Below are positions 8,005 to 17,563 of a stretch of 64,000 bases of DNA, in pieces; positions within the stretch are counted from its first letter, which is position 1; each line of letters starts with the position of its first letter. A program made the position numbers and the translations under genes. The DNA lies in NCBI GenBank assembly GCA_029990205.1, contig JAPEKQ010000002.1, positions 32,845 to 96,844 on the forward strand, read 5' to 3'. The notes below the pieces were generated by a model that made no database searches, had not been told where the DNA came from, and saw only the letters and a program-made list of their open reading frames with translations. Source of the DNA: a bacterium. GTDB lineage: Bacteria; Joyebacterota; Joyebacteria; Joyebacterales; Joyebacteraceae.

Positions 8005-10326
8005 CTAGGTCACGGGCGTTAGCTTCCCGTACCTTAGCATGATGCGCTTCTCGACTCCACCGGCCTCATCGAAGCGGACGGTGACGACCATGTCGCCTCC
8101 GTGGCCCGCGATCCCGACAATGACGCCCTCACCCCACGACGGGTGCCGAACGCGGGTCCCCGGACCGAACTCCACGGCCTCCTGGCTCTGGTTCTCGTAG
8201 TCCGGAAAGACCCCGCGGGAACCACCTGAGGAACGCCCGGCGCCTCCGCGTGCTCCCGCGCCGCCACGCGAGCCCGCGCCGCCACGCGAGCCCGCTCCTC
8301 CGCGCGCACCCGCTCCGCGACCGGCTCGTCCCCGACCGCGCATCCCGTACCCGCCGCCGGGCCTCGAGGCCCGCTTCTGCTCGACGGCCGTCGAGACGGT
8401 CTCGAGATGGGATTCGTCGATCTCATGGATGAACCGTGACGGAGAGCGCAGGTTCGTCGTGCCGCCGCGCCGCCGCGTGTCCGCGGAGAACATGTGGAGC
8501 TGATTCATCGCCCTCGTCATCCCGACGTAGCAGAGCCGGCGCTCCTCCTCCATCTCCTCGTCGTCCTCGAACGACGACTCGTGGGGAAGCAGCCCGTCCT
8601 CCATTCCGGGGATGAGCACGATGGGGAACTCGAGCCCCTTCGCGTTGTGAAGCGTCATGAGCGAGACCGTGTTCGCCTCGCCCTCCCACCGGTCGATGTC
8701 CGCGACGAGCGAGACCTGTTCGAGGAATGCGCCGAGGCTCTCCTCGCCGCTCATCTCGACGAACTCGCTGGACGCCGAGACCAGCTCCTCGACGTTCGCC
8801 AGCCGCTGCGCGGTGTCCTCCGTGCGGCGGCCGTCGAGCCACGCCACGTATCCGGAACCGTCGAGCACCTCGTCGAGCAGGATGTTGACCGGTGTCGTCT
8901 CCACCTTCCGGCGCAGCCGGTCGAACATCCCGCGAAGCTCGCCGAGCGCAGTCCGCGCCGCCGGCCCGACACCGACGACCTCGCCGCCCATCCCGAGCGC
9001 CTCGTAGAGCGGAATGCCGCGGTCCAGGGCAAACTCCTCCAGACGCTCGATCGTCTTGTCTCCGATCTTCCGCGGCGGGACGTTGACGATCCGCCGGAGG
9101 CTCACGGCGTCCGCCGGGTTAACGATGACCTTGAGATAGGCGAGCACGTCCTTCACCTCGGAGCGCTCGTAGAAGCGCACGCCGCCGACGATATCGTATG
9201 CGATGCCGGCGCGCCGCAGGCTGTCCTCGATCACGCGGGACTGCGCGTGCGTCCGGTAGAGGATGGCGAAATCCCGGGGCTGAAGCCCGCGCTTGCTCAC
9301 GAGCGTCAGCACGAGGTCGCGGATCTCGTCGGCCTCCTGGTACTCGTTCGAAACCCTCGTGAACCGGACCGGGGCGCCTTCTTCGCGCTCGGTCCACAGC
9401 TCCTTCTCTTTGCGACGCTCGTTGTTGCTCACCACATCGTGCGCCGCGGCGAGAATGCCCGCGGTCGAGCGGTAGTTCTGCTCGAGTCTGAGGGTCACCG
9501 CGTCCGGGTGGTCCTTCTCGAAATCGAGAATGTTCGTGATGTCGGCCCCGCGCCACCCGTAGATCGACTGATCGTCGTCGCCGACGACGCAGATGTTGCG
9601 GTGCACCGACGAGAGCAGGTTGACGAGCGCGTACTGCGCGTGGCTGGTGTCCTGATACTCGTCGACGAGCACGTGGAGGAATCGCTCGGCGTACGACCGG
9701 CCGAGTTCGGGCTCGCGTCTGAGCAGCTGCACGACCTCCTTGATGAGATCATCGAAGTCGAAGGCGTTGTTCTCGCGCAGCCCCTTCTCGTACTCCGCGT
9801 AGACCCTGGCGGCCGTCTGTTCGTAGTGGTTCCCGGCCCGGCTCGCGTAGTCCTCCGCGGTGAGCAGGATGTCCTTCGCCCGAGAGATCTCGCCAAGGAA
9901 CGACTTCGGCGTGAACGTCGTCGTCGAGATGCCGAGTCTCCCCATGCAGTTCTTCACGAGGTCGACCTGGTCGGTCATGTCGTAGATGGTGAAATCCCGC
10001 GTCCACCATCCCCAGTCGGCTTCGATGCGAAGCAGCCGCGCGCACATCGAGTGGAACGTTCCCACCCACGGCAGCGCGACGTCGCGCGAGAGCATCTCCG
10101 TGATGCGCTTCTTCATCTCCCCGGCCGCCTTGTTCGTGAAGGTCACGGCAAGGATGCGTCGGGGAGAGATGTTCTTCTCCTCGATGAGATAGGCGATGCG
10201 TCGGGTCAGCACGCGCGTCTTGCCGCTGCCTGCCCCGGCCAGCACCAGAAGCGGCCCGTCACCGTGGCGGACCGCTCGTTCCTGCACCGAATTGAGGTTC
10301 TCGAGGTACGTCGTCGTCTTCGTCAC
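8005..10326 (-). CDS. pcrA: ATP-dependent DNA helicase PcrA/UvrD
   Basis: LAGAGSGKT, VDEYQD, GDDDQSIYGWRGA, QNYRS, TLHNAKGLEF, EERRLCYVGMTRA; C-terminal Tudor-like RVRHPSWGEG. Confidence 0.95.
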   Translation of the reverse strand: MTKTTTYLENLNSVQERAVRHGDGPLLVLAGAGSGKTRVLTRRIAYLIEEKNISPRRILAVTFTNKAAGEMKKRITEMLSRDVALPWVGTFHSMCARLLRIEADWGWWTRDFTIYDMTDQVDLVKNCMGRLGISTTTFTPKSFLGEISRAKDILLTAEDYASRAGNHYEQTAARVYAEYEKGLRENNAFDFDDLIKEVVQLLRREPELGRSYAERFLHVLVDEYQDTSHAQYALVNLLSSVHRNICVVGDDDQSIYGWRGADITNILDFEKDHPDAVTLRLEQNYRSTAGILAAAHDVVSNNERRKEKELWTEREEGAPVRFTRVSNEYQEADEIRDLVLTLVSKRGLQPRDFAILYRTHAQSRVIEDSLRRAGIAYDIVGGVRFYERSEVKDVLAYLKVIVNPADAVSLRRIVNVPPRKIGDKTIERLEEFALDRGIPLYEALGMGGEVVGVGPAARTALGELRGMFDRLRRKVETTPVNILLDEVLDGSGYVAWLDGRRTEDTAQRLANVEELVSASSEFVEMSGEESLGAFLEQVSLVADIDRWEGEANTVSLMTLHNAKGLEFPIVLIPGMEDGLLPHESSFEDDEEMEEERRLCYVGMTRAMNQLHMFSADTRRRGGTTNLRSPSRFIHEIDESHLETVSTAVEQKRASRPGGGYGMRGRGRAGRGAGARGGAGSRGGAGSRGGAGARGGAGRSSGGSRGVFPDYENQSQEAVEFGPGTRVRHPSWGEGVIVGIAGHGGDMVVTVRFDEAGGVEKRIMLRYGKLTPVT
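8237..8308 (-). repeat. Four 18-bp tandem units encoding (A/S)RGGAG in the PcrA linker
   Basis: cccgcgccgccacgcgag occurs exactly at 8255-8272 and 8273-8290, flanked by two degenerate copies. Confidence 0.85.
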
Positions 10327-10380
10327 AGCCCTTCCCGTTTCATGCAGGGGTGTTTCTGCCGGTGGAGCGACACCGGTCCG

Positions 10381-13300
10381 CTAGAACTCCGCTCCGATGG
10401 CGAAGTGAGAGACCGGCTCGCCCGTCGTCTGAAGGTCGGTCGGCCACGCGAGATCGTACCGCAGCACGAAGTAGCCGAACCGCATCCTCGCGCCGATCCC
10501 GTAGCTGGCCTTGATGTCCTGGAACCGCACGGCGTCGGTGCGGGCGACACCGCGGAACTCCTCGTTCCACGCGGCGCCAAGGTCCGCGAACATCACGCCC
10601 CGAAGTCCCCAGATCGACAGCGGGATCGGCGAGGCGATGGTCAGATTGTCGATGAACGGGTAGCGGAGTTCGAGTGTCGCCAGCGCCACGTTGTGCCCGC
10701 TGAACTCGAAATCGTCGTACCCGCGGATCGAGTTGACGCCGCCGATGTAGAACGTCTGCGCGTCCGCCTGCGAACTCCGCGCGTAGACCAGCTTCGTCGC
10801 GAGGCTGTGTCTCGCGCCGATGCGCGTGTAGTGACGCAGATCGGCGATACCCGTCAGGAAGCTGAAATCGCTCCCCATCCCGATCGACTTGGAGACGGAC
10901 AGCGAGGAGCGCCCGCCGCTGATGGGACCGACCGATCCCCACAGCGTCGTGTCGTTGACGAAGCGCAGGCTCGGAAGGAGCAGCGTGCGATCGACCTCCT
11001 CGTCGGTGAGTTCGATCTCGCCTTCCGTGTTCTCCTCGGCGAAGCGCCGCGAGAGCGACAGGCTCCCGACGTCGAACTCGACGCGTGAGAAGTGGCTGAG
11101 CGGATACGTCATGCCGACCGAGACGCCGTAGTTGCGCTCGGTGAAGTACCGCTTCTCGCCCAGATCCTCGCCAAGCCGCGTGCGGTCCGAGTAGTAGTAC
11201 TCGCGGTAGGTGTAGACGGAGAGCGCGTAGTTGATCCGGTTCGCGAGATACTCATAGCGAATGTGCGCGTTCGAGAACTCGAAACTCGAGAAGAAGTCGG
11301 TGGCGACGTAGAAGCGATGGTTGCCCAGGATGTCGCTCACCGCGATCTCGGCTGTGCCGCCGAACCCGTAGGCGGAGCTGTATGAGAACCCGCCGTCGAT
11401 CCAGTCCGGGCTGAACTTGGGCGTGTACCGCTCGACGGTCCCGGCCTGCCGCTCCTCCTCCTCGATACTCGGAGGCAGCTGGCCGGTGGCACGCGAGTAG
11501 GCGGTCCGGGCCTTCCTCACGGCATCGCTCTCGGCGCGCTCGCCGGGCTCATCGCGAGGTCTGGGCGGCCCGCCGCCCAGCCTGAGCGGAGCCGGCTGCG
11601 TCATGGCCGTGTCGACCACGGCGGTCGCGTCGTCATCCGTCGGCGGATCATCGGGCATGGTGACGGTGCCGACGGAGGTGTCATCAATGATCTCGCCGTC
11701 CCGGCCGAACGTCACGACTTCGCTGTGCACGGTCGGCGCGTCAGAGAGGGCGACGCCCCCGTCATCCGCATCGGGACGCTCGACCACCGCGACCCATTCG
11801 TCCTGGTAGTTGTCGAACGGCTCGGGCGCGTCGACGTCCGAGATCGCCGGGAAGCGCTCGCCACCGTTGATGGCGTCCGCGAAGTGCGACAGCGGCGACT
11901 TCACGACGGCCACGTCCCAACCGCCCTCCTCGTACGCGGCGAACGCAAGCCGGTCGCCATCGTGAGACCAGCTCGGCGTCTCCGCGCCGCCGATGAGCGA
12001 TGTGAGCCGCACACACGTTGAGTCGCCGAGGTCCGCCAGGTAGAGATCCGGGGTCCCGAGTCGATCGGAGGAGTAGATGATGTAGCGGCCGTCCGGCGAC
12101 CAGGTGGGCGACTGCTCCCAGCCCGGGCCGCGAACGAGCGGTGTGACGCGTGTGCTCGCAACATCGACCGAGTAGAGGTCGTAGCTGCGATCGAACCCGC
12201 GATTGAGCGGCGAGTCGCGGTCCGACTCGAACGCGATCGACCGGCCGTCGGGCGACCAGGCCGGGTTCCGCTCGTCATCGTAGTCGTCGGTCAGTCGCCT
12301 CAGGCTCTCCCCCATCACGTCCGTGACGTAGAGCTCGGAGGCTCCGTCCCTCGTCCCGATGAACGCGATGTGGTCCCCGTCGGGCGACCAGACTGGCGTG
12401 TAGACGCCGTCAAGGTCGAACGCGAGACTCCGGACGAGCCCGCTCCCGTCGGCTCCGACGATGTGGATCGCGTCACTGCCGCCGGCCTTCGTGCCGAAGC
12501 AGATCATCGTTCCGTCGGGCGACCACGAGAAGCCCACCCGCAGCACGTGCATCTGCTCGAATGCGTCGGTCGTCTCGCCCTTGATGATGCGACCGAGCGT
12601 CGCCCCATCGAGCGTCGAGACGTGGTACACGTCGGCATACCCTGTCCTGTCCGAGAGGAACACCACGGAGTTGCCGTCGGGCGCGATCGAGGGACCGACA
12701 TTGAAGTATGAGTTGTCCTTCCTGTGGTCGGTCAGAAGCTTCGCCTCGTCCTTCGCGCGCTCCAGCCCCGCGATCCCGGGCCAGTAGCGGTTCCGAAGCC
12801 ATCGTTCCCACTCCTGGTTGAGCTCGGCCGTCGACAGCCCGGTCGCCTCGCGGAGCGAGCGCTCGAGGTTCTGCGTTCTCGCCATCACCCGGACGAGTTC
12901 CTTGACCTTCTCCTCGCCGTACCGGTCCGCGATGAAGTTGAGCGCGGACTGTCCTTCCTTGTAGACGAGATACCCGCCGTAAAGATACTCGAGCGGCACG
13001 ACCGCGTCCGCCGTCGTGAGATCGCGCAGGATCATCTCGGCCTGTGTGTCCCAGCCCTGCGAGGCGAACTCAGCCAGCCCCTCCGCGAACCAGAGCGGGA
13101 CCGGGTTGAAGTACGCCTGACGGATGACCGACTCGGCGAGACCGCGGTAGACGATGTCGAACATGAACACGTGCGTCATCTCGTGATGGATGACGTGCCT
13201 GAGTTCGTAGTACGAACCGGTGAACGGGATGACGACGCGGTTCTTGAACAGCTCGGTGAACCCGCCGACCCCCTCGCCTACGTGCGACGAGAGGACGTTG

Positions 13301-13605
13301 GTCTGCTGGAACTCGTTGTGGGAGGCGTAGACGATGATGGGGATCACCGTCGTCAGTTCGTGGCCGAAGAGCTCCTCGAGGTGGTCGTTCGATTCCTCGA
13401 CGATACGGCAGACGGCGTCCGCGACATCCTCCGACCCGTCGTAGTAGTAGACGTCGAAGTGCTCGGTGCGGATGATCTGCCAGTCGAAGTTCTGGTACTG
13501 TATCTTGTTCCTGCCGAACTGGGCGCCCCGGGCCGCGTCCGCGGTGGCGAGGAGGGCGGCCACCGCTCCCAGCAGGACCATGAGTCGTGCGCTTCGCATG
13601 AACAT
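10381..13605 (-). CDS. Omp85-family outer-membrane protein with N-terminal HExxH metallopeptidase-like domain and PD40/TolB-like propeller
   Basis: Signal peptide then QFGRNKIQY; HEMTH..WFAEGLAEF; repeated (P)xWSPDG; barrel with IRGY motif and terminal Phe. Start set at ATG 13605 because the promoter lies at 13643-13671. Confidence 0.85.
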   Translation of the reverse strand: MFMRSARLMVLLGAVAALLATADAARGAQFGRNKIQYQNFDWQIIRTEHFDVYYYDGSEDVADAVCRIVEESNDHLEELFGHELTTVIPIIVYASHNEFQQTNVLSSHVGEGVGGFTELFKNRVVIPFTGSYYELRHVIHHEMTHVFMFDIVYRGLAESVIRQAYFNPVPLWFAEGLAEFASQGWDTQAEMILRDLTTADAVVPLEYLYGGYLVYKEGQSALNFIADRYGEEKVKELVRVMARTQNLERSLREATGLSTAELNQEWERWLRNRYWPGIAGLERAKDEAKLLTDHRKDNSYFNVGPSIAPDGNSVVFLSDRTGYADVYHVSTLDGATLGRIIKGETTDAFEQMHVLRVGFSWSPDGTMICFGTKAGGSDAIHIVGADGSGLVRSLAFDLDGVYTPVWSPDGDHIAFIGTRDGASELYVTDVMGESLRRLTDDYDDERNPAWSPDGRSIAFESDRDSPLNRGFDRSYDLYSVDVASTRVTPLVRGPGWEQSPTWSPDGRYIIYSSDRLGTPDLYLADLGDSTCVRLTSLIGGAETPSWSHDGDRLAFAAYEEGGWDVAVVKSPLSHFADAINGGERFPAISDVDAPEPFDNYQDEWVAVVERPDADDGGVALSDAPTVHSEVVTFGRDGEIIDDTSVGTVTMPDDPPTDDDATAVVDTAMTQPAPLRLGGGPPRPRDEPGERAESDAVRKARTAYSRATGQLPPSIEEEERQAGTVERYTPKFSPDWIDGGFSYSSAYGFGGTAEIAVSDILGNHRFYVATDFFSSFEFSNAHIRYEYLANRINYALSVYTYREYYYSDRTRLGEDLGEKRYFTERNYGVSVGMTYPLSHFSRVEFDVGSLSLSRRFAEENTEGEIELTDEEVDRTLLLPSLRFVNDTTLWGSVGPISGGRSSLSVSKSIGMGSDFSFLTGIADLRHYTRIGARHSLATKLVYARSSQADAQTFYIGGVNSIRGYDDFEFSGHNVALATLELRYPFIDNLTIASPIPLSIWGLRGVMFADLGAAWNEEFRGVARTDAVRFQDIKASYGIGARMRFGYFVLRYDLAWPTDLQTTGEPVSHFAIGAEF

Positions 13606-13642
13606 AGGTTGTCCCATCCGTGTAGGAACCTGCTCGGTTTTC

Positions 13643-13671
13643 ATTCTAGTCCCGCCCGAGCGGGGTGTCAA
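13643..13671 (-). promoter_or_regulatory. Sigma70-type promoter for the Omp85 gene
   Basis: TTGACA-17 nt-TAGAAT on the minus strand. Confidence 0.75.
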
Positions 13672-13775
13672 CCGGACCCGGGCACGTCGGCCTGTTGACA
13701 GGAGCGCGCGCCGGGGCGATGATGAAGGTGTCCGCGGGGGGATTCCAACCGATCCGCATCGGAGGTCGACGCAGA

Positions 13776-14141
13776 ATGAGACGAAGAGCCGCCTCAGATG
13801 TTCGCTTTGCCGTATGCGCCGTCGCGCTCGCGCTCGCGACCGTGGCCCTGACCGGCTGCGGCGCCGATGCCGACAGTGAGATAGGGACGGACCCGACGGA
13901 CACGGTCTACATCGAGTACATGGCCGCGCTGACGCTCTCCATCGAGGAGGGCCTCTCGGGCGATGCGGCGGAGACCCGGATGGCCGAGCTCGGCGTCGAG
14001 CCTCTCACGCGTGAGGAGATCGACGAGCACGTCCAAAGACTGAGCCGCGACCCCGTCAGGTGGTCACGGCTCGAGGAACAGGTTCAGGAACGTCTGGAAG
14101 AGCTCCGGCGCGAGCAGCGCTCTCCTACCACAGCCCCATGA
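13776..14141 (+). CDS. Small hypothetical lipoprotein
   Basis: GGAGG RBS; MRRRAA..hydrophobic stretch..LTGC lipobox; candidate promoter TTGACA-17-GATGAT at 13695-13723. Confidence 0.65.
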   Translation: MRRRAASDVRFAVCAVALALATVALTGCGADADSEIGTDPTDTVYIEYMAALTLSIEEGLSGDAAETRMAELGVEPLTREEIDEHVQRLSRDPVRWSRLEEQVQERLEELRREQRSPTTAP

Positions 14142-15426
14142 TGTCTCGCACGACCAGCAGCACCATCACGACACCGAAGAAGGCCAGGCCGATCTGCTGC
14201 CACACGATGAGCTGACGCTCCGTGAGCGTCCGCTTCCTGAGCTTCTCAAGGAGCAGCAGCAGGAGATGCCCGCCGTCGAGAATGGGCAGCGGGAGCAGGT
14301 TGATGACGCAGAGGTTGATGCTCATGATCGCCATGAACGTGAAGAAGTAGCTTCCACCCCACCGCGCACTCTCACTCGCCATTCTCACAACACGGATCGG
14401 ACCACCGAGCTGCTCGGTCGACGCCCGGAGCGTCACCAGCTGCCAGAAGAAAGCGCACACCTGTGAGAACGTGCTTCCGGTGAACCGGGCGCTTCCGAGG
14501 ATGGCCTCGCCCGGCCCCAGTCTCTCCGTCGCCCAGGGCCGCATGACGCCGATGAGACCGACCTCCACCATCTCGCCCTCCGCGTTCGGCTCTTCGCCGA
14601 CGTCCGTGTGGAGCACCGCGCGCATCTCGGTTCCGTCGCGTTCCCAGACGATCTCGACATCGCTGTCGGGCCTCTCGCGGATCGTGTCGCCGACCTCGAA
14701 CCAGTCCCCGACGGCGACTCCGTCGATCGACAGGATACGGTCACCCTTGTGGATCCCGGCCGCCGCGGCGGGGCTTCTCCCCTGAAGACCGCCGACCACC
14801 GGCGGCACGTACGGCTCGAGCCCGAACTCGAACGCGGCGGTCTCGTCGTCGATGACCGTCGGCAGCTCGAAGTCAACGCTCCGGCCGTCCGAGAACACGA
14901 GCGAGAGCCCGGCCTGCGCGTTCCCGACCTCCGAGTAGATATCCGCCCAGTTCTCGACCGCAACACCGTTGACGCTCTCGATCCGGTCACCCACGGCCAC
15001 GCCTTCGCGCTCCGCGTCAGAGCCCTCGGCGACGGCGCCGACGATCGGCTCGCCGAAGGTCGGAAGACCCGCCAGCATGAGAACGCCGACGACGACGATG
15101 AAGGCCCACACGAAGTTCATGATGGGACCCGCGGCCACGATGAACGCCCTCAGCGAGATACGCTTCGCGACGAAGCTGTCCGGTGGCGCACCGGTCGGAT
15201 CGGCCACGTGCTCCGCCCCCGACATCTTCACGTACCCGCCGAGCGGAATGGCCGAGATGGCGAACTCGGTGTCACCCACGACCCTCGTGAGTATGCGCGG
15301 ACCGAACCCGATCGAGAACCGCTCGACCCGAACGCCGGAGATACGGCACGCGAGGAAGTGACCGATCTCGTGAACGATGATGAGGATCCCGAGAAGGACC
15401 GCGGCGAAGATGTAGTAGATGAACAT
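14125..15426 (-). CDS. rseP: RIP metalloprotease RseP
   Basis: HEIGH, FSIGFGP, IPLGGYVKM, two PDZ domains, NLLPLPILDGG. Confidence 0.95.
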   Translation of the reverse strand: MFIYYIFAAVLLGILIIVHEIGHFLACRISGVRVERFSIGFGPRILTRVVGDTEFAISAIPLGGYVKMSGAEHVADPTGAPPDSFVAKRISLRAFIVAAGPIMNFVWAFIVVVGVLMLAGLPTFGEPIVGAVAEGSDAEREGVAVGDRIESVNGVAVENWADIYSEVGNAQAGLSLVFSDGRSVDFELPTVIDDETAAFEFGLEPYVPPVVGGLQGRSPAAAAGIHKGDRILSIDGVAVGDWFEVGDTIRERPDSDVEIVWERDGTEMRAVLHTDVGEEPNAEGEMVEVGLIGVMRPWATERLGPGEAILGSARFTGSTFSQVCAFFWQLVTLRASTEQLGGPIRVVRMASESARWGGSYFFTFMAIMSINLCVINLLPLPILDGGHLLLLLLEKLRKRTLTERQLIVWQQIGLAFFGVVMVLLVVRDIMGLW

Positions 15427-15498
15427 TCGTCTCGTCTTCCGTCATGGGACCGTCCGCCCGGGCGCGTGCTGCGCGCGGGAGCCGGTGCCCGTCCTGGT

Positions 15499-16659
15499 CT
15501 ACGTGTTGAGCTCGCGGATGAGCTCTGATGCGACGGCCGCCGCTTCGGTCTCCGCGGCCCGGATGGCTTCGAGCGACTCGGCGGCGCCCGACGACGTCCG
15601 CTCGAGCGTCCGCTCGATGACGGCGGCGATCCCGCCGAACGGCAGCCGGCGCGTGACAAAGGCGTCGACCGCACACTCGTCGGCGGTCGCCGCGACAGCG
15701 GGCGCAGTTCCGCCGCGTCTGCCGGCCTCGAGCGCGAGCCCGAAGCACGGGTACCGCGACTCTTCGAGCGGCTCGAAGTGGAGCGCGCCGAACTCGGAGA
15801 GCGTTCTCCCGCCGAACGACACGGTCGGAGGGTCGGGGTAGTACATCGCGTACTGGATGGGGACCCTCATGTCCGGATCACCAAGATGCGCGAGCTGACT
15901 GCCGTCCTTGAGTCGCACGAGCGAGTGCACGACCGACTCCCGATGGACGACGACCTCGATCCGGTCGAACCCGAGACCGAACAGCCAGTGCGCCTCGAGC
16001 ACCTCGAGTCCCTTGTTGAACATGGTCGCGGAGTCGACCGTGACCTTCGCCCCCATCTCCCACGTCGGATGCTTGAGCACGTCCTCGATCGTTGCGGTCT
16101 CGAGCGTCGAGGCGTGCGCGTCGCGGAGCGGACCGCCTGACGCGGTCAGCGTGATGCCCTCCACCTCGTCGTGGTGGACGCCGCGCAGACAGCGGAAGAT
16201 GGCGCTGTGCTCGCTGTCGACCGGCACGAGTTCACTCCCCGTGACCGTCGCGAGCGCCGTGATGAGTTCGCCGGCCGCGACCAGCGATTCCTTGTTGGCG
16301 ATGGCCAGCTGATGGCCGGCGCGGACCGCCGCCATGGCGGGACCGAGCCCCGACGCCCCGACCAGCGCGTTGACCACGACGTCAACGGACGGATCGGACG
16401 CGAGAGCGTCGAGCCCCTCCGCTCCGCTGAGCGCCTCAACACCACCGGGCAGCGCGACGTCGGCGGTCGTGTCCGCGTCGCCGAATACCACACGGTCCGC
16501 CCGGAACCGCTCCGCCTGCTCCGCGAGGAGCTCCGTGTTGCGATACGCGGAGAGCCCGACGACGTCGAAGTCGTCCGGCGCGGCCTCGACGACCGAGAGC
16601 GCTCCGGTCCCGATGGAACCGGTCGAGCCGAGAATGACGATGCGTCTCGCCTTGGACAC
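15499..16659 (-). CDS. dxr: 1-deoxy-D-xylulose-5-phosphate reductoisomerase
   Basis: LGSTGSIG, ANKESLV, PVDSEHSAIFR, TASGGP, HPTWEMGAKVTVDSA; GTG start 16659 with GAGGGAG RBS. Confidence 0.95.
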   Translation of the reverse strand: MSKARRIVILGSTGSIGTGALSVVEAAPDDFDVVGLSAYRNTELLAEQAERFRADRVVFGDADTTADVALPGGVEALSGAEGLDALASDPSVDVVVNALVGASGLGPAMAAVRAGHQLAIANKESLVAAGELITALATVTGSELVPVDSEHSAIFRCLRGVHHDEVEGITLTASGGPLRDAHASTLETATIEDVLKHPTWEMGAKVTVDSATMFNKGLEVLEAHWLFGLGFDRIEVVVHRESVVHSLVRLKDGSQLAHLGDPDMRVPIQYAMYYPDPPTVSFGGRTLSEFGALHFEPLEESRYPCFGLALEAGRRGGTAPAVAATADECAVDAFVTRRLPFGGIAAVIERTLERTSSGAAESLEAIRAAETEAAAVASELIRELNT

Positions 16660-16673
16660 CGCGGTCTCCCTCG

Positions 16674-17531
16674 CTACTGGGGAATCATGAGTTGGAGCTT
16701 CGGCAAGATGAAGCGCAGGTAGTAGTACACGAACGGCGCCACGAAGAGCACGCTGTCGAACCGGTCCAACATGCCGCCGTGTCCCGGGAGCGCGCGTGAT
16801 GTGTCCTTGACCTGGACGTCGCGCTTCATCATGGACTCGACGAGGTCGCCCAGCGTCGCGGCGACAGCCGCGATGACGCCGAGCGCGAGCGCGTCCCAGA
16901 CCGAGAGGAACGTCGCGAACGTGTGGCGCGCGAGGAAGGCGGTCGCCACCGCGAGTATGAGTCCGCCGACTGCGCCCTCCACGGACTTGTTCGGACTCAC
17001 GCGCGGCATGAGCTTGGTCTTCCCGAACGCGCTCCCGAAGAAGTACGCGCCGGTATCGCACAGCCACGCGAGCCCGAACGCGAGGATGACGAACCAGCCG
17101 CCGCGGTCACCCCACGGTGAAGATTCACCAAGCTGTCTGAGAAGGATGATATGGCTTCCGAGCCAGCCGACGTAGAAGACCCCGAGGATGGTCGTCGAGA
17201 TGTGGAAGACGGCGAGTTCGCTGTCGCGACGGAAGAGCTCCATGACCATCACGAGCGCAAGCACGACGGTCACGAAGAAGCTCGAGAACATGCCCTCCTG
17301 GAAGTAGACGTACCAGGAGACGCCCAGACCCGCGAGAATGCCGACGGTCTTGTAGGGCTTGATGCCCTTGTACTCCATCATGCGGTAGAACTCGAACAGA
17401 CCGACGCCCAGCACGAAATTGATGACGATGAGGAAACCCCAGCCGCCGACGAGCGAGAATACGATCGCCGCCGGCACACCCACCGCCGCCGTCAAGAGAC
17501 GCTTGCTGAGCTGCTGTCGATTGACGCCCAT
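16674..17531 (-). CDS. cdsA: Phosphatidate cytidylyltransferase
   Basis: DTGAYFFG, SPNKSVEG, GDLVESMMKR..KD..PGHGGMLDRFDS. Confidence 0.95.
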   Translation of the reverse strand: MGVNRQQLSKRLLTAAVGVPAAIVFSLVGGWGFLIVINFVLGVGLFEFYRMMEYKGIKPYKTVGILAGLGVSWYVYFQEGMFSSFFVTVVLALVMVMELFRRDSELAVFHISTTILGVFYVGWLGSHIILLRQLGESSPWGDRGGWFVILAFGLAWLCDTGAYFFGSAFGKTKLMPRVSPNKSVEGAVGGLILAVATAFLARHTFATFLSVWDALALGVIAAVAATLGDLVESMMKRDVQVKDTSRALPGHGGMLDRFDSVLFVAPFVYYYLRFILPKLQLMIPQ

Positions 17532-17563
17532 ACCGTTTCTCGCCTCTCGGGCCGCGCCGTCTA

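Noticed and set aside
8494..11088. Very long antisense ORFs (8494-11088, 24883-27081, 41784-43982, 47675-50383, 55569-57884 and others)
   Set aside because: They mirror well-conserved genes on the opposite strand and carry no recognisable motifs. They are expected shadow ORFs of high-GC codon usage.
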